Assembly: GCA_963754085.1 (NCBI GenBank)
Contig: CAVWFA010000016.1
Location: 540,470-604,469, forward strand
DNA length: 64,000 nucleotides
Direction of reading: 5' to 3'
DNA from: Candidatus Aminicenantes bacterium
Lineage (GTDB): Bacteria > Acidobacteriota > Aminicenantia > Aminicenantales > Saccharicenantaceae
The position numbers and the translations under genes are program-made. Below are positions 1-10,451 of the stretch, one piece after another (position 1 is the stretch's first letter; each line of letters begins with the position of its first letter). The notes beneath the pieces were generated by a model. The model ran no database searches, was not told where the DNA came from, and saw nothing but the letters and a program-made list of their open reading frames with translations.

Positions 1-1
1 C

Positions 2-460
<459 letters not shown>

Positions 461-461
461 C

Positions 462-1331
462 ATGCCGACCCTCATCGACCTGCGCCGGCGGATCCAGAGC
501 GTCCGCAACAGCCAGCAGATCACGCAGGCGATGAAGACCGTCTCGACGGCCAAGTTCCGCAAGGCCCAGCGGACCGTCCAGGAGGCCCGGCCCTTCTGGC
601 ATCTCTTCCCGGAGCTCATGAGCCGCCTGGCCTATTGGGCCGCCGCGGGGACGCACCCGCTCCTCCTCCGCCGGACGGAAAAGAAGATCGCGGTCATCGT
701 CCTGACCGCGGACAAGGGCCTGGCCGGCGCCTACAATTCCAACCTCCTGGCCGCCGCGGACGCCTTCCTGGCCAAGAAGGCCGCGACGGCCGCGATCCGG
801 CTCGTCCTCATCGGCAAGAAAGCGGTCGCCCACCTCCGGAAAGGCCCCTATCCGGTGGACCGGGCCTTCGCCGACCGGACCGACCGCCTGACGCGCGACG
901 AGCTCCGCGGCCTGGCCGAAGACCTCATGCGCGACTACGCCTTCCAGAAGACCGACGCCCTTTACATCGTCACCAACGAGTTCAAGTCCATCCTGGCGCC
1001 CCGGATCATGATCCACAAGGTGCTGCCGATCGAGCTCGATCCCGGGCCGGAGGCCTCGGCGACGTGGCTCCCCGACTGGGAGCCCGAATCCGCGCGCCTG
1101 GCGGCCTTCGTCCTGCCGCTCTACGTGGAGAGCATGCTCCACCACGCTTTCCACGAGTCCCAGGCCGCCGAGCAGGCCGCCCGGATGATGGCCATGGACA
1201 ACGCCACCAAGAACGCCGGGGAGCTCATCGACGCCCTCGTCCTCCAGCTCAACAAGATCCGCCAGGCCGGCATCACCAAGGAGCTCCTGGAGATCATGAC
1301 CGCCGTCGAAGCGCTCAAACAGAAAGAGTAG
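462..1331 (+). CDS. atpG: ATP synthase gamma subunit
   Basis: N-terminal RRRIQSVRNSQQITQAMK, ADKGLAGAYN, C-terminal NKIRQAGITKELLEI. Confidence 0.97.
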   Translation: MPTLIDLRRRIQSVRNSQQITQAMKTVSTAKFRKAQRTVQEARPFWHLFPELMSRLAYWAAAGTHPLLLRRTEKKIAVIVLTADKGLAGAYNSNLLAAADAFLAKKAATAAIRLVLIGKKAVAHLRKGPYPVDRAFADRTDRLTRDELRGLAEDLMRDYAFQKTDALYIVTNEFKSILAPRIMIHKVLPIELDPGPEASATWLPDWEPESARLAAFVLPLYVESMLHHAFHESQAAEQAARMMAMDNATKNAGELIDALVLQLNKIRQAGITKELLEIMTAVEALKQKE

Positions 1332-3032
<1,701 letters not shown>

Positions 3033-3058
<26 letters not shown>

Positions 3059-3772
3059 CGGCGAGACCCTCGACGCGTTCTACCGCGGGCGCGTCCGCAT
3101 CCTGCAGAAGAAGAAGGGGTATCGCTTCTCCGTCGACGCGCCGCTGCTCGCGGATTTCATCCGGACCGGGCCGGAGGACGAAGCGCTCGAGCTCGGGACG
3201 GGGAGCGGGGTCATCTCGCTGCTCTTGAGCGTCAAGCCGTTCAGGCGGATCACGGCGCTCGAGATCCAGGCGGATCTGGCCGACCTGGCCAGGCGCAACG
3301 TCGAATTGAATGGCTTGTGCGCGCGGATCGAAGTCGTCGAAGCCGATCTGCGGACCTATGAGCCGGGGCGGACCTTCGACCTGATCTTCTCCAATCCTCC
3401 CTATATCCGGGCGGCGACCGGGTTCCTGAGCGCGTCGGCCGAGAAGTCCGCGGCCAAGCACGAGCTCCACGGCACGATCGACGAGATCCTGGGCCGGACG
3501 GCGGAGTGGCTGGCGCCGGAAGGCCGGGCGTGTTTCGTCTATCCCGAAAAGCGGCGCGAGGATTTCATGGCCGCGGCCGAAGCAGAGCGGCCTGGGCGTC
3601 CGTGCGCCTGCGATTCGTCCATCCCCGCGAAGGAGAGCCGGCGAATCTGTTCCTGATCGAACTGGGACATGCCCGAGGGGAGAGGAAGGCGGAACTCATG
3701 CCCCCGCTCATTCTCTTCGGCCCCGACGGCACGTACACGGCCGGCGCTGAAGAGATCTTTTCGGGGACATAA
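3033..3772 (+). CDS. tRNA1(Val) A37-N6 methyltransferase family (TrmN6/YfiC-like); frameshift near 3590
   Basis: QKKKGYRFSVDA, ELGTGSG, SNPPY; C-terminal LRFVHP..ANLFLIE continues in another frame. Confidence 0.85.
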
Positions 3773-3800
3773 AGAAAGAGCCGGGACCCCGTCCCGGCTC
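3772..3800 (-). terminator. Intrinsic terminator (possibly bidirectional)
   Basis: GAGCCGGGAC-ggg-GTCCCGGCTC followed by TTTCTTT on the minus strand. Confidence 0.7.
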
Positions 3801-4219
3801 ATCGAAAAAGAAGACGGAGGAAGAGACGCTCGAGGTCCGCCGTCAGGACCTCAGGGCAGAACGCGCCTCTTCCTCCCCCCACCCCCCTTGAAAGCGGACC
3901 AGGCCCCTTCCAGCCATTGCCAACACCGGGCTCCCTCGGCTAAAAGGTCCATGGTCGTCCTTCACCTGCTCTCACCATGGGTCCGGGCGGGCCGGGAGTC
4001 AAGAGCCCGGGGAGAAACTGTGCAATATATCGCATCTTGTCCCATCGTTCCCGTCCGCCAGAACGATGACTGGGGCGACCGCGATCCGGCGGGCTCGCTG
4101 ACTGCCTGTTCGGCCGCCCCAGGCGCCCGCTCAGGAGGTCGGGCAACTGAGGGCGGGCGCCGGTCGATCGGAATCCCGGGGGGGAAGGATCGGTCGGGAG
4201 CTGGTCCGGTGCGTCCGAC

Positions 4220-4561
4220 CTATCGCAAGAGCGCCAGGAGCTTCCCTAGGATCTCCTCGACGACGCCCGAGGGGAGGGAGCAGATCTTCTCCGCCCTAAG
4301 GGCGCGCCAATCGAGGCTGTCCGCCTGGTCGGCCAGGACGGCGCCCTGGACGGGCAGATCATCCGGCAGGGGCACCTCGAACGGATAGCCCTTAAGGTCG
4401 GTGACGACGGGACAGAGGAGGGCCAGGCCGACGCGGCCGTTGTAGGCTTGGGGCGACAGGACGACCGCGGGCCGGCGGCCGGCCCCTTTGCGTCCCGGCC
4501 CGGCCTGGAACGAGAGAAGGACGACATCGCCGCGTTCCGGAACGTAAAAAACCTGTTTCAA
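4220..4561 (-). CDS. mazF: MazF/PemK endoribonuclease toxin
   Basis: YVPERGDVV..GRRPAVVLSPQAYN..GYPFEV..VLADQ..SLDWRA. Confidence 0.92.
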   Translation of the reverse strand: MKQVFYVPERGDVVLLSFQAGPGRKGAGRRPAVVLSPQAYNGRVGLALLCPVVTDLKGYPFEVPLPDDLPVQGAVLADQADSLDWRALRAEKICSLPSGVVEEILGKLLALLR

Positions 4562-4829
4562 CAGTCGTCCCTCTCCGGCCCGTCATCCTCATCCGTGTCT
4601 CGCCGGGCGTGCCCTCGGCTTCCCAGGCGGGGTGGAGGTTGTCGTCGGTGACGCCGGCGAGAAGCGCGTCCAGGTCCCACATCTTGTCCCGGTCGGGCTT
4701 GATGACGATCGCGCCGTCCTCGAGGGACATTTCGGCCGGAGAGTTGTCCGCAAAGCCAAGTTCCTCGGCGAACGACTTGGGGATGCGGACGGCCAGGCTG
4801 TTACCCCACTTCTGGATGCGCGTTTTCAT
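4558..4829 (-). CDS. mazE: MazE/AbrB antitoxin; probable 1-bp indel near 4600
   Basis: MKTRIQKWGNSLAVRIPK..LDALLAGVT..NLH; a frameshift would restore a TGA overlapping the mazF start. Confidence 0.88.
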
Positions 4830-4843
4830 GATATGACCATAAA

Positions 4844-4883
4844 GTATATACAAAGAGTATACATATTGCTGAGGAATTGTCAA
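4844..4883 (-). promoter_or_regulatory. mazEF sigma70 promoter with GTATAC-type operator repeats
   Basis: TTGACA-16-TATACT; GTATAC and GTATATAC palindromes. Confidence 0.65.
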
Positions 4884-4946
4884 TCCCGCAGGTTCGAGAG
4901 CGAAAAACCGGCTCTGATTAGGATTGTTGGAGGCGGAGAGCAGGGA

Positions 4947-5039
4947 ATTCGGGGACATGACCCTTTTCTCTTGAAAAGGCACCGTGCCCTCTGAATTCCC
5001 CCGTGATGAGTTAGGGGAATTGGTATTGAGTCCCCGATT
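4947..5039. repeat. REP-like element with CGGGGAC...GTCCCCG ends
   Basis: ttcggggacatgacc ... gtattgagtccccgatt; related to 6328-6528 and 21105-21141. Confidence 0.55.
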
Positions 5040-5045
5040 GCCGGG

Positions 5046-6282
5046 CTATTTCTTCCCGAAGACCCCCTTGATCTCGTCGAGGCCGACCCCGAGCGTCTTG
5101 CGGGCGATCTCGTCCAGGGCCTTCTTCGGCCCCTGGAAATGCATGGTCGTGTGAACGTGGGTCAGGGTCCCGCCGGGGCCGAGGGCCGCGGCCGGCGACG
5201 ACGTCTCGAGCTCGTAGAACGGACCGAGCGGCTTGGCGCCCGGCGCGGCCGGCCCGTCGTTGTAGCTGTTGACGACGTCCCCGGCGAAGGGCCTCTCCTG
5301 GATCTCCCACATCGAATTGACGTAGTCCTTCGCGCCCTCCGGAACGGTCAGGTGGACGAGGGTCAGGACGCCGTTCGCGGCGTCGTAGCTCCCGGCGAAG
5401 GGCTTGACCCGGGCCGGGGAGATGCCGATCTTGCTTCGGTACTTGCCGTCGCCGCTGAAGAACAGGACGCCATCGCTCTCCCTGACGACGAGGCGATCGG
5501 CCGGGACCTTGCCGAAGTAGGCGTCGTTGACGGCCGGGCCGAGCTCGGCGACTCGGGCCGGCCTTGAAGGGGATGACGATGGTCGTCGCGGGCGAGGGAT
5601 TGAACATGCCCAGGATCCAGATCGAAAGAAGGCCCGTGTCCTTGGTCCAGGCGGCGGCGCCGAGGTTGGTGATGCTGTTGTTGGACGCGTAGGCGACCAT
5701 CCGGATACCGGCCGGCACGGGCACGCCCAGAGAGGCGACGTCGGCCGGGCCGAGCAGCCGGACCTCCCGGTTGACCTCGAGGTCGAACGCCGTCCCCGAG
5801 TAGTTCTCGAGGCGGATGACCTTGCGGAAGTGGACCCGGCCCTCGTCCTGCGAAGCGACGTCGAAGGCCCCTTCGTTGACGGCCGGCGGCGTCCACCAGT
5901 GGTCGAGGTCGAACGGGTCGCCCTTCTTGAAGAAGATCGAGAACTGGCCGCCCTCGGGGCCGAGCCAGAAGCGGTCCTCGCCGCCGAAGGCGTTCATGTG
6001 CGGGATTGTTGACGCCGGAGGCGATAGGCGCTCCCGGTCGATCCAGCCGAAGCTCAGTCCGCCTGCGCCGTCGGCCGTGCTGGTCATGACCCGGCCCTGG
6101 AGGTCGGGATTGACCGCGACCTGGGCCTGGCCGTCGGTCCCCTTGAGCACGACGACCTTGGTATGGGTCTGGAGAAAGGCCAGGTCGTCCTTGAACAGGA
6201 TCGCTTCCGGGGCCTTGGAGGGTTTCGCGCAGGCCGCCGCCAGGGCGATCATCACGAGCGTCACGCCGATGCCGTATCTCAT
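5046..6282 (-). CDS. Lipoprotein, probably DUF6786 family; frameshift near 5550
   Basis: Lipobox LAAAC; NAFGGEDRFWLGPEGGQFSIFF; C-terminal PFYELETSSPA in a second frame. Confidence 0.7.
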
Positions 6283-6327
6283 GGGGGCCTCCTTCGGTCT
6301 CGGGATTTACCCATTATTGTCAAATTA

Positions 6328-6528
6328 AATCGGGGACACAATACTATTTTCCCAATTTGCAGACCGCCGGGCGGCCTGGCCCACCCATCAAGAGGGACAG
6401 TCCCTGGGGACAGTCCTAAAAGCAAACCAATTTCTCGTTTTCCTTCCTGCCGGCCCTGCCTCCGCCGGCCGCTGATACATCAGGCAACGGGAGCTCAAAA
6501 TAGGGAAACGGGTATCATGTCCCCCATT
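6328..6528. repeat. Composite REP-like element (GGGGACA...TGTCCCC ends, internal GGGACAGTCCC doublet)
   Basis: aatcggggacacaatac at 6328; GGGACAGTCCC 6394-6404 and GGGGACAGTCC 6406-6416; ggtatcatgtccccc near 6511-6525. Confidence 0.6.
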
Positions 6529-6545
6529 TTTATCCCCCCATATGG

Positions 6546-6571
6546 CCGTATGAGAAAACCTTCTCATACGG
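6546..6571. promoter_or_regulatory. Perfect 11-bp inverted repeat, candidate operator
   Basis: CCGTATGAGAA-aacc-TTCTCATACGG upstream of the TonB-dependent receptor. Confidence 0.5.
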
Positions 6572-6902
6572 GAAGATAGGCGGTTTGCCCCATTTACTCG
6601 GCCGGCCGGCGGCCTAATGTTGAGAGCGTGAGACGAAGAACTGGAACGACCATGGACGCGAACATCCTGAGAAGAAATAAAGGAGGTGATTGGACCCTCA
6701 AAATCCGCTTTATGAACATTTTCGCAGGGGGAGTGATCTCGCCGTGTTCTTCGCGAGGCCCTTGGCCTAACCCCGCCGCGACCCGCGGAGTTTCGCTCCA
6801 GGCAATGGCAACCCAGCGCAATGGGCGTAAAGCCCGGCGCGCGGAACGAGAGAATGACCCGGCCGCCCCCCATGGGGGTTCGGTCCGGGATTAGGAGAAA
6901 CC

Positions 6903-9900
6903 ATGAAAACTCTCAAATCGTTCGTCTTGGCGTCGGTCGCCGTGCTTCTCCTGGCCGGGGTCCTCTCCGCTCAGGCTCCCACGGCCGGCAGGATCTTAGG
7001 CACGATTTTAGATGACCAGGGAGGGCCCCTTCCCGGCGTCTCCATCGAAGCGAAAGGGCCACGGCTCGTCGGATCGGCGGCGACGGTCTCCGATACCAAC
7101 GGCACCTACCGTCTCCTGGCCCTTCCGCCGGGGACTTATACGATCACCTTCAATCTCCAGGGCTTCTCGCCCATCATCCGTAACGACATCGTCCTCGGGG
7201 TCGAACAGGCCCTGGTCGTCGACATCAAGATGATGCCCGCCTCCATCGAAGAGGAAGTCGTGGTCATCGGCCAGGCTCCGCTCATCGACGTCAAGAGCCA
7301 GGCCCGCGGCCAGGTCCTCACGGCCCAGACCTTCACGGCCCTGCCCAAGGGCCGGAGCTTCGATTCGCTGGTGACCATCATCCCCGGCGTCCAGAGCGAG
7401 AACGACCTTCTCGGCGGCATCTCGGTCGACGGCGCGTCGGGGGCCGAGAACGTCTTCTACGTCGACGGCACGGACACCTCCGACGTGGTCAACGGCACCC
7501 GCAAACAGGACGTCGTCTTCGATTTCGCCGAAGAGGTCCAGGTCAAGGCCTCCGGCTACAACGCCGAGTACGGCGGGTCGGTCGGCGGCGTCGTCAACGT
7601 CATCACCCGCTCCGGCGGCAACACCTTCCACGGCGAGGTCGTCGGGTACTACTCGGGCACGGCCCTCGAGGGCCAGCGCCGCGACCGGCTGTACTTCGAT
7701 ATGGCCGACGATACCAAGGCCCGCTATTACCCTTACGACGTCTATGTCGGCAAGGACAAGGAGAATTCCTTCGAGGGCGGCTTCATGCTCGGCGGCTACA
7801 TCAAGAAGGACAAGCTCTGGTTCTTCACCGCCTTCACGCCCCGCTACTTCAACCGGAACCGGGCCATGGACATGACCTACTGGGGCGGATCGAGCGTCAA
7901 CGCCTACGACCGCGTCGAACAGAGCTGGAACGGCTCCATTAAGCTCTCGGCCCAGCCGACCGGGAAGCTGAGGACCGGGGCCAGCGTCGTCATGAACCTG
8001 TTCAAGTATCACGGCGGGAGCGATCCCATGACCTACCCGGGCGACCAGACGTACGCCGTGAGCGCCAACGAGGCGACGGATTACAACCCCCTCGGCTACT
8101 CGTATCCCAACTTCTCTGCCAGCGGATATGCCGACCTGACCTTGAGCAACAGCAGTCTGCTCAGCGTGCGCGGCGGCTATTTCTTCTCCAACCAGAACGA
8201 CCCGGTCTCCCCGGCCTCCGCGACGCCGTATTATGCGTTCCGCCTGGAACAGCCGGGTGCCTACGCCTATGTCACGAACACCATGTTCCCCGAGATACCG
8301 GCCGATCTCCAGCACCCCGCAGGCTGGCAGAGCTTCCCCAGGGCCCAGGTCAGTAGCCTGGACAAGCGGCTGGCCAGCCGGCTCAGCTTCAACACCGACT
8401 TCACCCACTACCTCAACGCCGGGGGCGAGCACGCCATCAAGGCCGGTGTCCAGTTCATGCGCCGTCACGAGAACGTGAACGACGGCGCCCAGCAGCCCAT
8501 CGTCTATCTCGGCTGGGACCAGAACTGCGTCGCCTACGGCACCGACTACGGGCGCGGCGCCTACGGCTATTACGCCATCCGCGGCTTCGACGCCGCCGGT
8601 CCCTACGGCGAGAACTACAACGTCAATATGAACAGCTGGGCCTTCTACCTCCAGGACAGCTGGACGATCGGCGGCCGGCTGACCCTCAATGTCGGCCTCC
8701 GGACCGAATCGGAATACCTGCCCAGCTACACGGCCGACCCGGCGTATGCCGACGCGACGCCGATCAAATTCTCCTTCGCCGACAAGCTCGCGCCGCGGTT
8801 GGGTTTCGCCTACGACGTCTTCGGCGACTCCAGCCTCAAGATCTTCGGCAGCTACGGCATCTTCCAGGACGTCATGAAGCTCAGCATGGGCGCCAACGCC
8901 CTGGGCGGCTTGAAGTGGAAGAGCGCCTACTACACGCTCGACGACTGGGACTACACCCAGATCGGCGTCAACGGGTACTTTCCCGGGCACGCTCCTCAAT
9001 GTCATCGACTTCCGCCCCCCCGTCTTCGAGTCCATCGACCCCGACATGAAGCCCTTCACCCAGCGCGAGATGTCCCTGGGCCTCGAGAAGAAGCTCACGG
9101 ACGACGCCTATCTGTCCATGCGCCTGGTCAACAAGAAGGTCCTCTGGGCCATCGAGGACATCGGCGTCCCCATCGAGCAGTACTACACCGGCAACCCCGG
9201 CAGCGCGTGGATCAACCAGAAGATGGAGGAGCAGCGCGAAAGCGGGAACCTCGTGCCCGGGACGCCCGACTATCCCAAGGCCAAGCGCGATTATTATGCG
9301 ATGAACCTGTCGCTCGAGAAGCGCTTCAGCCACAACTGGCAGGGCGGCCTCTCCTACACGCTCAGCCGGCTGGCCGGCAACTACAGCGGCCTGGCCTCGT
9401 CCGACGAGGACGGCCGCAACAGCCCCAACACGGAGCGCTCCTTCGACATGTGGCACCTCCTGTTCGACAAGGCCTTGAACCCGATCGACGGGCCGCTGGC
9501 GACCGACCGCACCCATTCCATCAAGGCCTACGGCAGCTACGCCATGCCCTTCGGACTGACCCTGGGCCTGGTCGCCAACGCCAACAGCGGCACGCCGGTC
9601 ACCGAGGACTGGTACGTCGATTCGGAAGGCTACTTCCCCTACAACCGGGGCAACCTCGGCCGCACCCCGTTCGTCTTCTTCACCAACCTCTATGCCGAAT
9701 ACATGATGAGACTCGGGCACAAGTCGAGCCTCCGCTTCAGCCTGAACGTCGACAACCTGTTCAACGCCAGGACGGCCACGCGGATCTTCTCGTCGAGGTA
9801 CCGCTATAACATTTCCCCCGGCGACGAGCTGCTCGTGACCGGCGCCTGGGAACCGCCGGCCGACGCGGTCCTCGACCCCCGTTTCGGCATGGCCTACAGC

Positions 9901-9948
9901 TTCATGGCTCCGATCTCCGGGCGCTTCGGAGTGCGCTTCTCCTTCTAG
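6903..9948 (+). CDS. TonB-dependent receptor with N-terminal carboxypeptidase-regulatory-like domain (Oar-like); frameshift near 8985
   Basis: Signal peptide, PLPGVSIEA, plug motif AEYGGSVGGVVNVITRSG, AFYLQDSWT..LTLNVGLR, C-terminal RFGVRFSF. Confidence 0.9.
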
Positions 9949-9981
9949 ATCCTGTGTGAGGGGAACGACGCGGAGCCCGTC

Positions 9982-10024
9982 GGGCCCGCCCCATCCCGGA
10001 AGGGGCGGGCCCCCCTCCTTTTAT
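9982..10024 (+). terminator. Intrinsic terminator after the TBDR
   Basis: GGGCCCGCCCC-9-GGGGCGGGCCC then a C/T-rich tail. Confidence 0.65.
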
Positions 10025-10049
10025 TCGGTTCTTCTCCCATGAATCGGGA

Positions 10050-10400
10050 GGTCTCTCTCTCCGGCTCGGCTCAGGGTATCGCCTCTAGCTCCCCGGCCCC
10101 CGGCGGCGGGAAGCGGACTCTTGGGAGCGACCCGGCAGAATCGGGGCTGAGCACTCGAAGCCACGATTCTGCGAAATATCGGAAGAGAGGTGTTCTCTTC
10201 TGATATCTCCCAGAAGCCTGGCTCCGAGTCGCTCCGCCAGGCTTCTGATGGTCGCTGCGCAGACTTCGCTCCCTGCCGGTCCCCCCTCCACCACGGGGAT
10301 CTGCTAGGTCTGCTGGCTCACCCTGTCCCGAGAGGGGCGAGGCGACACCCATCGCCGCCGCGAGAGAGACCCAGAGCTGGGAGGAAAGTCTTTTTTCCCA
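10050..10400. ncRNA. Unassigned highly structured non-coding element (candidate ncRNA or ssDNA element)
   Basis: Nested long-range stems enclosing three consecutive 9-13 bp hairpins; no credible ORF. Confidence 0.45.
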
Positions 10401-10408
10401 ACACAACA

Positions 10409-10436
10409 GGGATAGTCCCACGTCGGGGATAGTCCC
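10409..10436. repeat. GGGATAGTCCC doublet (REP-like)
   Basis: Two copies, 10409-10419 and 10426-10436; same family as 6394, 18885 and 20997. Confidence 0.6.
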
Positions 10437-10451
10437 TTAGTGGGGGAGGGA

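Noticed and set aside
6740-6900. Riboswitch (cobalamin or c-di-GMP) upstream of the TonB-dependent receptor
   Set aside because: Only short GC hairpins; no B12-box or GEMM consensus recognisable by eye
10378-10400. GAGGAAAGTC resembling the RNase P RNA 5' conserved motif
   Set aside because: It is followed by a T-run instead of the conserved continuation, and no downstream RNase P motifs fit before the next gene
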